NCBI GenBank assembly: GCA_038087875.1
Contig: CM075977.1
Coordinates: 228,346,001 to 228,410,000, forward strand
DNA length: 64,000 nt
DNA from: Malacoraja senta
Taxonomy: Eukaryota
Direction of reading: 5' to 3'
Shown: in pieces, positions 45,111 through 57,204 of the stretch
How positions within the stretch are numbered: the stretch's first letter is position 1
Layout: each line of letters starts with the position of its first letter
Translations under genes and position numbers: made by a program
The notes under the pieces: model-generated
Database searches by the model: none
What the model saw: the letters and a program-made list of their open reading frames with translations, nothing else
Told to the model about the DNA's origin: nothing

Positions 45111-47309
45111 TTATCCACTACATCACCAATATTGATGTAGTCCACAAACTTACTATTCAGGAGTTCCTCTTCTTGCCCTCCCGATTTCCTTCTTCAGTAT
45201 AGTCCTACATCTCTTATACTCCTCAAGGGATTCACTTGATCCCAGATGCCTATACCTAAAATATGCCTCCATTTTCCGTACCAGTGCCTCAGTATCCCAT
45301 GTCAACCAAGGGTCCTTCATACTTACATTGGAAGAAAGCCATAAAAGGATTTAACTGTGCAAATTTAGGTGTTCCCTATCATTTCATCTGACATCGATAC
45401 GTCAAACCAATGCAAAATGAATGAAAACATGACAAAGAATTGTCTTGGAATTATTTTTCAAATAAACAAAAGATTCCCTTATGCATTTAAAGGAAGCTTC
45501 CATCAGTTATATCTGAGCCATGGGAACATGAACTATTAGAAAAATTCTGGTTTTAATCTAAACCACATATCACCACTTATTTTGTTGTCCTTTCACTATA
45601 GTCAATATGCCATTGAGCACAACTTTGGAACATTGGAAATCATTCAGACTGCCATGTTGTGATGTCTCAAAATAAATGTGAAGTTCATTTCCACTTCCAG
45701 CTTTTTCTCCCAAACTCTGCAAATTAGTCCTCTTTAAATATAGTTTCTATTGTTATTGGAAGTTGCTCTTTCACATTATGTATAATGATGTATCACAAAT
45801 CTTAATAACCCTCGGTATGAAAACATTCTGCTAATTTCCTTGTAGAGACAAGAAGGTCTGCAGAAGGCTCCTGACCCAAAACATCACTTATCCATGTTCT
45901 CCAGAGATGCTGCCTGACCCGCTGAGTTACTCCTGCATTTTGTGTCTTTTTCTGATGATTTCCTCAGTTATTTTGACTATTTTACACATTCACTTGAGAA
46001 GATGGTTCCTCTGGCAATATTAAAAACCAAAACAATTCTGAATATACCTTTAGGTCTCCTTTTTGCCAAAATGTCCAACTGAAGCTTTCATACAATTATG
46101 GAGTCATATTGAAAAACAGATGGAAATAGGTCTTTTGGCTCACCAAGTCAGCAGCAACCATCAAGCATCCATTTTTACACAAATCCTAATTATTTAACAC
46201 TAATTCATTTTATTCTCCCCACATTCACTATTAACGCTTCCTCAGATTCTACCACTCATCTACACATTAGCGGTAATAGAGAATAGCCTGGTAACCCGCC
46301 AACCTTCATGACTTATAAACGTGGAGGAAACCAGAATACTCAGGATCCCACATAGTCACAGAGAAATAGTACAAACTCCATGAAACAGCACCCGAGGTCT
46401 GGGTCGAAGATCACAGGAGCAGAAGACAGCCGCTCTACTAATGACACCACCGTTCAGCCTGAGTTATTCAGTTGTTACTGAATATTCAGAAATGGCTCAA
46501 GGAGGCCTGATTTTAGCATTCTCGAGCTGTTGTTCCGAATTACACCACGTATTAAAATTTGAATACCAGATCTATTTTCCAGATGTCAGGTGTAGGCTGT
46601 GTTCTGAAACCTGCTCTAATTATATATTGCAAAAATAGAGATAAAAATATAAATCATACAAATCTGAAATTTTGTAGACAAACTTGTTCCGAATAGGGGA
46701 GGTTGGATCTAAAATGTTCTCTCTGCTCCTCGTGGGAACTCTGCAATAAAAGAACAATTTTAACATTACCATTTTAACATTACCAGAAATTGGCAGCCAA
46801 ATGCCATGAAGTAATTCTGCACATGGACAGCTTTCAGCTGACAGCATGGACAGCTGTGATTGTCCAACCACATAATTGTTGATGTGGGTAGGCAATATCA
46901 GTAATTGAAGGAAGAAAGTCAAGAATTAAAATAATCAATTGAAGATTATTACCTATGGCCAAGTAGTAATTACTGCAGCAATAGAAAAGAAGGGCATCCT
47001 GCATAATGATGTACCCTTTAAGTAACAAACATCACCGTGTATAAAGTCTATACCAAGTTGAAACTGAGTCGGTTTTGGATGATATAAGGTTGCTCCAGAA
47101 AATAATATGCAGTGAACTTTTAAGTCAGCGTGTAAATTGATTATCTCTTGGAAATTATTCCAGGAAGTTGTCTTTCACGTAAAATAGGAGGAATGAAATG
47201 GAAAGGGATTGCATTATGTTAGGATGTTCAGGGATCGCTAAGTCTTTCACAGATGATTAGATGGCATCTATTCTTTTCCATGGCCTAGTACTTCTTATAG
47301 TCACTAGAC

Positions 47310-47600
47310 ATTACTTTAGAAAACAGGCCCTTCAGCCCACTGAGTCCGTGTCAACCGGCGATCACCCCATATACTGTATTAACAATATCCTACATACTAG
47401 TGACAATTTCTTACAACATACGGAAGGCAATTAATTTACAAACCTGTACATCTTTGGAGTGTGAGAGGAAACCAGAGCACCTGGAGAAAACCCACGTGGT
47501 CACAGGGAGAACGTACAAACTCCACAGAGTGAGCACCCGTAATCAGGATCGAATGCAGGTCACTAGCGCTGTAAGGCAGCAACTCTACTACTGTGCCACC
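47310..47600 (-). mobile_element. HE1/V-SINE
   Basis: aaacaggcccttcagcccac tail and V-domain aaaacccacgtggtcacagggagaacgtacaaactcc. Confidence 0.75.
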
Positions 47601-47779
47601 CCTACTACTTTTCCTATGAATTGCTCACCCAGCAAACAAAACAACAGCTAACTCTTCATTCAGTGAAGACATGTTCAGTTCTCTGTGGTAATCTTAACTA
47701 TGGATACCACTATTTTCAATGTTTATCTTTGTGCAGCAACAGTGTTCAGTTTAGTTAGAGAAATAAGCACCAACACGAA

Positions 47780-49400
47780 AAATTGGAGCATGTCAGGATA
47801 ATGCATCTCGTAGTGGCATGGAATTATAATGTGGTGGCCATTATGGAGACTTGGTTGCGAGAGGGACAGGACTGACAGCACAATGTTTTCAGGATTTTGA
47901 TGTTTCAGACGTAATAGAGAGGGAGGTAAAGAGGTGGAGGAGTTGCATTACTAATCAGGGAGAATGTCACAGTGGCACTCAGAGAAGGCACAGAGGGCTC
48001 AACAGGAGATAGAGGAACAGATATGTAGACAGATTATGGAAGAGTCAAGAGGAATGGGGTTGTTATAATGAGTGACTTTTATTTCCCCAAATTGACTGGG
48101 ATTTCCTTAGTGCAAAGATTAGGACAGGGCAGAATTTGTAAGGTGTATCCAAGAGGGTTTCTTAAACCAATTTGTGGATTGTTCAACTAGTGGAGGGACC
48201 ATACTGGACCTGTATTGGGAAATGAGCCTGGCCAGGTGTTTCTGTGGAAGAACATTTTAGGAACTGTGATCACAACTCCATACGTTTTAAGATAGTTATG
48301 AAGAGGGAAAAGTCGGGACCTAGGGGCAAAAGTACTAAATTTGGATAAGACAGAGTATAACATTATTCGGCAGGAGCTTCGGAGATTTATTGGGAGCAGC
48401 ATTTATGGAGAAGTCCACATCAGATATTTGATATTTAGCTAAAGAATATCAGTTGATCAGAGTTGAGGATCAGCATGTTCCAGCAAGGAGGAGGGAGAAG
48501 GATGGCAACGTAAGAGAATCTTGGGTGATAAGAGAGGTTGTAAAATTGGTCAAAAAGTAAAAGGAAACATATGTAATGTTCAGGAAGATGAAATCAGACA
48601 GGGCCTTTGGGGCATGGGTGGAAAACCCGGGGGGGGGGGGGGGCAGAGGGGACACGCCCCCCCCCCATGTTTGAGAGGTGGGGGACATCCCCCCAAGTTT
48701 TTGTCACCCGGATTTTAAAATCTCCGCTTTCCGCGAGACAGTGGAGGTGGGACTGCTGATCGAGGGCGCCGATTGGACGAGAGAGACGTCGGTCAGCAGG
48801 CAATGGGGGCGGGACATGATGATTCAGCGCGATCATTGGAGGAGGGAGGAGTGAGGTGGGGTGGGACTGAGGATAGAGTGCGGTGATTGGAGGAGGGAGA
48901 CGTGACACAGACCGGCGCCTCATCCGCAGCCAGGATCGAACCCGGCTCTCCGGCGATGTCCCGTCCCCACCCGAGTGCCCCCCCCCATGCCCAGGGGTGG
49001 CCAGAGAGGTCGGGAGTCAGACGCGAGCTGTACCCCCCGGCCCACAACCAGCGCAGAGAAGCAGCGCTAAACCCAGCTCAACTCTGCCTGTCCTGCCAGG
49101 TTAACCTGCCTGGGCTTGCGGGAAATATGGCCAGTGCGGAGAAGCAGCACTGGTATTCCATCAGTCCAGTCAGGGCTTGTAGGTTAACTCGGCGAGACAG
49201 GCAGAGTTGAGCTGCATTTAGCGCTGGATTGAGCCTCCGAAGCCTCGCGCATGTGTGTGTGAGTGGGCGCATGCGCGCGAGGCTGCCAAAAAATTGTTTC
49301 CTTCTGTCCCCCGGTCCCCTCCATATTTTGATAGCGAGTTCCGTGCCTGCTTCGGGGAATATAGAGCAAGCAGGAAATAACTCAAGCAAGGAATCAGAAT
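47780..49400 (+). mobile_element. Decayed CR1-type LINE endonuclease-region fragment, interrupted by the 48613-49349 element
   Basis: Remnants of ETWL.EGQD, CIQEGFL.Q, ILDL.LGNE.GQV; sequence rejoins as cagggcctttgggg|aatatagagcaagcagg. Confidence 0.7.
48613..49349. mobile_element. Non-autonomous hAT-like DNA transposon (737 bp)
   Basis: 8-bp flanking repeat CTTTGGGG (48605-12) / CTTCGGGG (49350-57); imperfect TIR CATGGGTGGAA / CAGGCACGGAA; subterminal G- and C-rich motifs; no transposase ORF. Confidence 0.7.
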
Positions 49401-49844
49401 GGTTGTTAGGGGTTGTGTTGTGTTATGGTCTGACTCTGACTGATGTATTGATTGCCTCCTTTTTGTGATAACGATTCGATGAACCACAGCACAAAATTGC
49501 CTGCAGTCTCCAATAATTAGTCTTTTCATGTTACAACCATGTGGATACATTCACATATGAAAATGCATTTACTTACACAATGTGTATATCCCTCATGAGC
49601 TGCTCCACGCGTGCACCATTAGGCAATACAGAAACAACTGTTTTGGATGTGACAGTCACGCATTTACATTGTGATTTAACTAGAAGGTGGCTTTCAGCAT
49701 CAGCTGTAAGAAAAATAGATGTGGTTATTAGCTTTCTGAATCAGTAGCACTTATTATAAGTGTGGACGTTATAATGTCCAGCAAAATCCAGGTGGAAATT
49801 GAATGTATCTGTTAATTGGATTGCGAGTACAGAAAAAAACTATA

Positions 49845-50058
49845 AGATAAGATAAGATAAGATACCGTTTAGTGTCGTTTGAACCTAAGTTCAAACGGAA
49901 TTTCATTTCTGCAGTCATACGAACAAGAGAAAAACCCAAGACACACAATGAACACAATTTACACAAACATCCATCACAGTGAATCTCCAAACACCTTCTC
50001 ACTGTGATGGAAAGCAAAGTCTTGTCTCTCCCCTGTTCTTTATTCTTTCTCCCGATGT
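49845..50058 (-). mobile_element. Truncated copy of the non-autonomous retroposon at 62531-63380
   Basis: Colinear with 62531-62775; (cttat)n tail. Confidence 0.75.
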
Positions 50059-50123
50059 TTGTATGTATGAATGTAAAGATAAGATATAGAAACAAAGAAC
50101 TGCAGGTGTTGGTTTATTCCAAG

Positions 50124-50286
50124 ATAGACACAAAGTGCTGGATTAACTCAGCGGGTCAGGCAACATCTCTGGAGAAATAGGATGAAACAACAGTCTGAAG
50201 AAGAGTCCCAACCCGAAAAGTCACCCATACTTTTTCTCCAGAGATGCTGCCTGACCCGTTGAGTTACTCCAGCTCTTTGTGTCTAT
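50124..50286. repeat. Palindromic dispersed repeat (about 55-bp arms); family also at about 34336-34460, 35870-35920, 45845-45950, 59935-60080, 60840-60930
   Basis: atagacacaaagtgctgga...ctctggagaaa vs tttctccagag...ctttgtgtctat; the centre contains ctgaagaagagtcccaacccgaaaagtc. Confidence 0.85.
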
Positions 50287-50719
50287 ATACAGTTAAGACA
50301 GTTCTGCTCATCAACTGCATGTTCTCAACCTACTGTTAATAAGAGCAAAGTACAAAGGATCGATGGTCTTTAATAAAAAGATATTGGTGCGCTGGGGTTG
50401 GCAGTGGCTGGCAAGAACAGACGATGGGAAAGGAAAATCAGGTGAGCAGAATTCTAGATGATTGTAAACACCATCCCTGAATGCCCAGACCTCATCTGTG
50501 TAGTTTAATGAGAAATTAGTGTTTGCAACATTTATTACAGATATCAGAACTATCTACCACATAACAGGTGTCACTGTGCAAAATAATATACCTCTGTTTA
50601 TTCAGAAAATAATAACTTTATTCAAGTCTTCGTTACAAATGGTAAATTGCTCTATATGACCCATGAGTAAAACCATTTAAAGATCCTCTGAAAGAGAAAA
50701 TGTTTATTAAAATAGGAAA

Positions 50720-51330
50720 ATAGGAACATAGGAAAAAGAAACTGGAGTCGGCCTTACGTACACTTGTGCCTCTGTTGTTCATTAAGATCATTGCCGTTCT
50801 TTCCCCTCAACATTGATTTCTTGTACCAACCTCATTCCCTTAATATCTAGACATCTATTGCTCTCTGTGACTCTCTTCCACAGATTCCTTGGATAGAGAA
50901 TTCCTAACGGTTATTATATTCTGGGTGATTTTTTTGTCATCTGATACCTGAATGATCAAACCTTGGTTTTAGCCTCCCCAGTCAAGGGAAACAATCCCTA
51001 AATCTATCCTGTCAAGTCTCATAAAGATTTCATATGTATCAGTGAGATCATCTCTTATTCTCATTAATCTAAGAGATTGATGTATGAGAGCCTGGTCCCA
51101 ATCTGTTTCATCAAACCTCGTACAACACAACCTCTCTCATTAGAATCAGCCTGGTGAACCTTTGTTGCATTTTCTGTATGGCGAATCTACCCTACCTAAA
51201 TTAGGCGGGTATGTACACAATATTTTAATTGCAGCCTCAGGAAGCCTAGATAATTATTTTAAGCCATTTGTATTTTTGTACTCGAATCCTCTTGCAATAA
51301 AAGCCAACATAACTCAATACATGTTGTGCC
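50720..51330 (-). mobile_element. Old decayed CR1-type LINE 3' fragment
   Basis: Degenerate tail aggaacataggaaa and remnants such as ctggtgaacctttgttgc and ctcgaatcctcttgcaataaaagcc. Confidence 0.6.
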
Positions 51331-51760
51331 TGCATACTATCTTTTAGTAATTCATGTAAATGGTCACTCAGATTCCTCTAGCTATCACGTCATTCAATCT
51401 TTAATTACTTAAAAAGACTCTGGCTTTCATTTTTTTCTACCAAAGTGTACAAATGTACATGTTGCCACAATCAGTTCTTGCCTGTTTTCCTGAAGCCCCT
51501 GCACCCTCATCACAACCAACATTGCTACATAGCAATGTAGCAAGTACGAATGTGGAGATTTTACATGATATCTAAATGGACATAGAATGTGAACAGTTGC
51601 TCAGTCACTCTCTTTCACAAATATCTGTACCTTCTGGCAGATGAGTGCTGGCCTTCCCAGTGACACCAACATGCCATAAACATTCATCACAAACAAAGGG
51701 ACCGGAATATTATCTAAGCTGACGGATTTGTGGTTATCTGGTTTATCCCATCTAAAATAA

Positions 51761-51943
51761 TGTGGTGATTGTTGTGTATTTGGGTGCTTGGAACTGACTT
51801 AAAATAACACTCAGATACGGGAGTAAACTAACAAGCTTCTTTATTCCAGGATGCCACCTTGAGTCTCCCCAGCGCATGCGTGGTCTCGCACAAGACATAA
51901 CATATGCTAATTATATCAATACATCACACTGCTCCCCCTTTAA
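51761..51943 (-). mobile_element. Orphan Gypsy-type 3' LTR (51761-51928) with adjacent PPT
   Basis: TGTGGTG...CATCACA termini; minus-strand PPT TTAAAGGGGGAGCAG abuts TG and resembles the PPT at 18480-18492; AATAAAG on the minus strand. Confidence 0.6.
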
Positions 51944-52540
51944 CTTGGAGCCGGATAACACCATTTCAATTACATTAAATATAATTGAGTAACACACTGT
52001 TGCAAAATTATATTATTACAGTCATCTTACATTACATCCTCATAACTGTAATAATCGTATCTAAACTTAGCACTTATAATTTTTCATTCCACTCATCTAC
52101 CTTAAACCAAATACATTACCCCTTGCTTTATGTGTTATCCTTTTCCGTTCCCTTCTGTGTAAATTGCGCACTCTTTCTAATCACTCTAGCTCCTATTTTT
52201 CACTGCAGAACTCTGAAAAATTCTATAAATTATTTTACAATACTTAATTAAAAAAAAAATCCTACATTGAAAATCATTATGCCTTGAAGATTTATTTACC
52301 AAAAATCCATTATGTTTTTCCTTTACCTTTTAACATTTACATTCATTCAATTTTTCCTTGATTTGCATTTTGTTTTGTGTTGTTGATATTTTATTTCCCT
52401 CTGGATATAAAATATTAATTTCAAAAGTGCTCCGTTCACTTCGTGTTCAATACAATCTCACTGGTATCTTTAACAGATAGATTTTCCCTCTTATTGTTAT
52501 GTTTCAAAATGCATTTATATTAAAAATTAGATTGTTGGTT

Positions 52541-52816
52541 TTAACTTTGATGATGCTTGCAATTATTTTTCATGTTCTTGCATGTATTACTTAACATGCA
52601 CTCCTGATGAAGCTCTGAGCAAAGATGTGGTTATCTTATTCAAAAATAGTATTATAATGGCTGGCATTAGAAACGTAAATGTCTCTTTTTTGGCAGTGTA
52701 TATGCGTTTGGCACCGGGTTCAACTCGCATCGGGTTGAGGTAGAGGGTGGTTATATCAGTAGTCAAGTAATAAATGCAAGAACATGAAAAAAAATTGCAA
52801 GTATCATCAAAGTTAA
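52541..52816. repeat. Foldback/MITE-like inverted repeat (55-bp arms, about 166-bp spacer)
   Basis: 52541-52595 is the reverse complement of 52762-52816 with about 4 mismatches. Confidence 0.8.
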
Positions 52817-53539
52817 CACCCATTTATATACATTAGTTCATTTGAATTAAATCATGAAATAATGTATTTTGGAGTCTTTGAAATATAGTAGAGTTTTAGG
52901 AAACATAACAGTTTTTAAATTTGCTTTATATGTGATTTTAAAATTTGTAATCATCTTTTGTGAATCTGACCATTTATTTATACATTTATATTCTACAATT
53001 GCATTTTACTATTCTGTCAGAATTTTAAATATTTTTATTAAGCTTTTTAGTTTATTTTTGTTTTATTTATTTCAAAAAGTCTTAATTAATCGTCAAGGAG
53101 GCCCAATATAGCAGTGTCCTATCTGCTTGGATATGGATATCAATATGGAATGCTTTAGGACCTGTTATGACACTTTGCTTAAATAACTAAATGGAGATAA
53201 AGAATCCTAGCCCCTCAATTGATGAGGTGGTAATATTCCCTTTCTTTAGGTTCATGTATTACAGATTGACACTGGAACTATCGGTAATCTGTAGGTAATT
53301 TATGGTGAGTAGAAACTAAAACCTCTGTCGCAGAAACTCATTTCAAGTGGTTGCTCAAGTTTGGGAGGAATTACATAATTAGTAACTTTTATTAAAAGAA
53401 AGTCAAGATATGCCAAAGATGCACATTCATGGCCATGGAATACACAGCAAGAACAATTTTATCATTCATAAATCAATGGGACCGCTGCATGCTGAGGTGA
53501 TCATATTCATGTGCAAAGAGACTGCATGAGCAGACGATA

Positions 53540-53835
53540 TAGCATGGAAACAGGCCCTTCAGCCTTCCGAGTCCATGCTGCCTATCAATATATTGACTAT
53601 CACAAGTTCTATGTTATCCCACTTTCTCATCCACTCTCTACACATTAGGGACAATTTACAGAGGCAAATTAACCTACAAACCCGCACGTCTTTGGAATGT
53701 GGGGGAAAACCAGAACACCGAGAGGAAATCCGAGCGATCACAGAAAGAACGTGCAAACACCACACAGACCGCACCCAAGGTCAGGATGGAACCTGGTGTT
53801 GTGAGGCAGCAGCTCTACCAGCTGCACCACTGTGC
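53540..53835 (-). mobile_element. HE1/V-SINE
   Basis: atggaaacaggcccttcagcc tail; aattaacctacaaacccgcacgtctttggaatgtggg body. Confidence 0.72.
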
Positions 53836-54974
53836 CTCTCTAGTAGTAGTACAGTCTACAAATCAATTCACAACTAGTCTAATCAATGATTTCTGCACAT
53901 GCTTGTACCAATGTCTCCACAAACAATCAACTCATTGTTGTTGTTTCTCATTATTTAGGAAGAAAACTTCTTTATTATTTTGTTGTTTTTGTACTTTTTA
54001 GGTTTCTATTGCTAAGAAAACAGGAAATATTTATGCATCACATTATCACATTGCACAATGAAAAATGCAATAATTAAACAACACACCTGCTGCAAGAATT
54101 GTGAACAGCAGAATTGCTGCAAAAGGCTTCAGCATTTGTTTGTTCTTCATAACTGGAGCTTCACCTTCTATGATCTTCCTTTTGTCTTGTGGCTCTCCAA
54201 TTAATCTGATCAGAGTGCTCTAACCAAATGAAAGACCAAAGTGTTTTGCCTGTTTTTTGAATTTGTTCCTTTAATTAGCTTCATATTATTTTCGGTTCCA
54301 TTTTAAGACGTAGCTTCAGACAGAAACCAGATGCTGGATCTACTGCCTTTGATTGGGGAGTTTAAAAAATCAAAAATGCAACCGAAATTAAGTCAGACAT
54401 TCATCCAACCACAACTGGACAGCTTGCAATGATTTTTCTTAGTTTAAAAAAATCAGGTTTTGGCTCTAAACAGTGCAAGAAGCAGTAGAGACCCACAGAT
54501 AAGTGAGGTGCAAAGCCTGGTGACAGTAATATGGGCTGGAAAAAACAAACAAGTTAAAAAAAAACTTATGTATTAATAAGGACAAACTAAAGAGTTTAAC
54601 AGGCATATTGAGCGGGTGGCTGAAGAAATATAGAGCCCTCCAAAAACAGATGCAAGGGACATTTTAAATGCAAATCAGAAAACCGCAGAGTAGTTAAAAA
54701 TATTGCTTGAATCCTCCCAATAGGGATATGAGGAAACTAAAAATAAATCTATTGAAGAAATTTACTGGGTTTTAAAGAAATAAAAGAAAAGTAATGGTAA
54801 AAATAATAGCTTAGAAATGAATTTGCAACAATATTTTTCAGTGTTAAATCAATATTAGCCATCTCTGTGAAACGGCTTTGAGCATTTCTGACGAGAGTGC
54901 GTTTATTGGTGCCTGCATGAAAACTATGGGATGATTTCTCTTATGAAATGCTGCTGTGCTTCATGCAGGCAGAT

Positions 54975-56515
54975 ATGCAGGCGTTCCACAGGGCTGTGTG
55001 CTGAGCCCTCTTTCTACTCCCTCTTCACCTACGACTGCACATCTGTACATGGTACTAACACCATCATCAGGTATGCAGATGATACAACGGTGATTGGCCT
55101 CATCAGCGACAACGATGAGACGGCCTATAGGGAGGAGGTCCAGCTCCTAGCAGCATGGTGCGCTGACAACAACCTGGCCCTTAACACCAAGACGACCAAG
55201 GAGCTCATTGTGGACTACAGAAGGTCTAGTGGTGGCACGCACACCCCCATCCATATTAACAGTACGGAGGTGGAGCGTGTTTCCAGCTTCAGGTTTCTGG
55301 GGGTCAACATCTCTGATGACCTCTCTTGGACCCACAATACCTCAACACTGATCAAGAAGGCTCACCAGCGTCTTTTCTTCCTGAGGAGACTAAAGAAGGT
55401 CCATCTGTCTCCTCAGATTCTGGTGAACTTCTACCGCTGCGCCATCGAGAGCATCCTTAAGGGCCTGTCCCACGAGCATGCGACTGCATGCGGCAAGCGC
55501 GACCAAACCGGAAGCGGGGGCCGCGCAGAGGTCGCGTGATCCCCGTACAGGGCCGGTCCCACCAGCATGCGACTGCATGCGGTGAGCGCGACCAAACCAG
55601 AAGCGGGGGCCGCGCGGAGGTCGAGTGAGTGACGTGAAGTTCGAGCGAAGTCCGTGGGAAGTTTGCGCGTGACGTACGGCGTCAAGACGCTGCGTACGGC
55701 ATCGAGACGCTGCGTATGGCGTCGAGACGCTGTGCACGCCCGTCGAGGCGGTGCGTACGGCGTCGAGGCGGCTGCGGGCCGGCAGGCCGTTGCCACGCGG
55801 AAATTTTGAACAATGTCAGTTTTTCGGAGCCCCACGCGATGTCGGGACCAGCTCCGCACAACTCCATACGGCTCCGGCGATCGAATTGGGACCGGCCCCG
55901 CGAGGCCGTACGGCTCAAGCGACCACGTTAGGTCGCGCTTGCTGCATGCAGTCCCATGCTCGTGGGACAGGCCCTTAACTAACTGTATCAAAGTATGGTA
56001 TGGCAACTGCTCTGCCTCCGACTGGAAAGCACTACAGAGGGTGGTGAAAACTGCTCAACGCATCACCGGTTCCTCACTCCCCTCCATTGAGTCTGTCCAG
56101 AGCAAGCGATGTCTGCGAAGGGCGCGCAGCATCGTCAAGGACTGCCCTCACCCCAACCACAGACTGTTTACCCTCCTCCCATCTGGGAGGCGCTACAGGT
56201 CTCTCCGTTCCCGGACCAGCAGGTTCAGGAACAGCTTCTTCCCTGCGGCTGTTACCCTACTTAACTCTGCACCTTGGTGATTGGCAGTCATCCCCCCCCC
56301 ACCCCTTGGACACTCCTTCCCCCAGTGACTGATCTCCCACCCGAAAATTGCACTACTGCTACTGTATATCCATATATATATATATACTTTACTGTTCCAT
56401 TATTCTGTGATCACCCTTCTGGATGAGATGCTAACTGCATTTTGTTGTCTCTGTACTTGTACACTGCACAATGACAATAAAGTTTGAATCTTTGAATCTA
56501 AATCTGAATCTGAAG
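54975..56515 (+). mobile_element. 5'-truncated Rex1/Babar-clade LINE (RT C-terminal part), interrupted by a MITE
   Basis: RYADDTTVIGLI, LNTKTTKELIVDYRR, FLGVNISDDLSW, HQRLFFLRRL; after the MITE, WYGNCS...LPSGRRYRS; tail aatgacaataaa(gtttgaatct)n. Confidence 0.9.
55461..55974. mobile_element. MITE (514 bp) with about 44-bp TIRs GGGCCTGTCCCACGAGCATG..., flanked by TTAA
   Basis: TIRs have 2 mismatches; TTAA at 55457-60 and 55975-78; internal about 20-bp tandem gtacggcgtcgagacgctgc. Superfamily (PIF/Harbinger or TTAA-type) is unresolved. Confidence 0.9.
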
Positions 56516-57204
56516 CTGATATTGTTACCAGGATCGTAATATGGGCTGATTTATGTTTGTGCATAAGTGTACAGCACTGCCCCAATGAATACAGAGGGAT
56601 TGTGCCTGTCCGTTTATATAATGCTGCTTTAGAGCCTTCAGTATCAGAAAAAATAGTGCTGTTGAGAGTGAAGGGTGCCAGTTGTTTTTTAGACCAATGA
56701 AGATGAACATTTCACTAGAGATTAATTTTGGCCTTGAACTACGATTCATTTGTGTCCACGATTCCCTTGATAGTTATTGGAATACATCCCTTTATAATAA
56801 TGAAATAATCATGCCATGACAACTCCCCTCCCCCCCACCCCTTTGTTCACCTTTATAATTTTCACAGCATAGTTATTTCTCATTATAAATTCTGATAGCT
56901 ATTACTCAATCCTGCAAACAGGCGAGGTTATGTAAAATTCCCCAGACAATGAGGTTACACACAAGTTCTGTTCTGCAAGGCTTGGATGAGGACTTTGATA
57001 ATCCAATCTATGCACATTGAGATGCTTCGAGCATTGTCCTAACATTGTCCTAAAACTGCATTTAACATTAAGGGATAAGGGGAGTTCCGCTCTAAACCAT
57101 TCACATGCCTTTGTGCAGAGCCTTATGTCTATCCTCTCCAGCATGGAAGTGGAAGCCACTTGGAGCCAACCATGCTGTAGTGTTGGGTGTCAGAGATGTC
57201 TGCA

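Noticed and set aside
48600-49350. CpG island as the promoter of a downstream gene (e.g. TRIM2, the neighbour in mammals)
   Set aside because: The GC-rich block is bounded by an 8-bp TSD inside a LINE remnant, and no TRIM2-like exon was recognised anywhere in the window.
53900-54930. A-rich tract with possible decayed coding character
   Set aside because: No open frame or recognisable motif; cannot be assigned without a database search.
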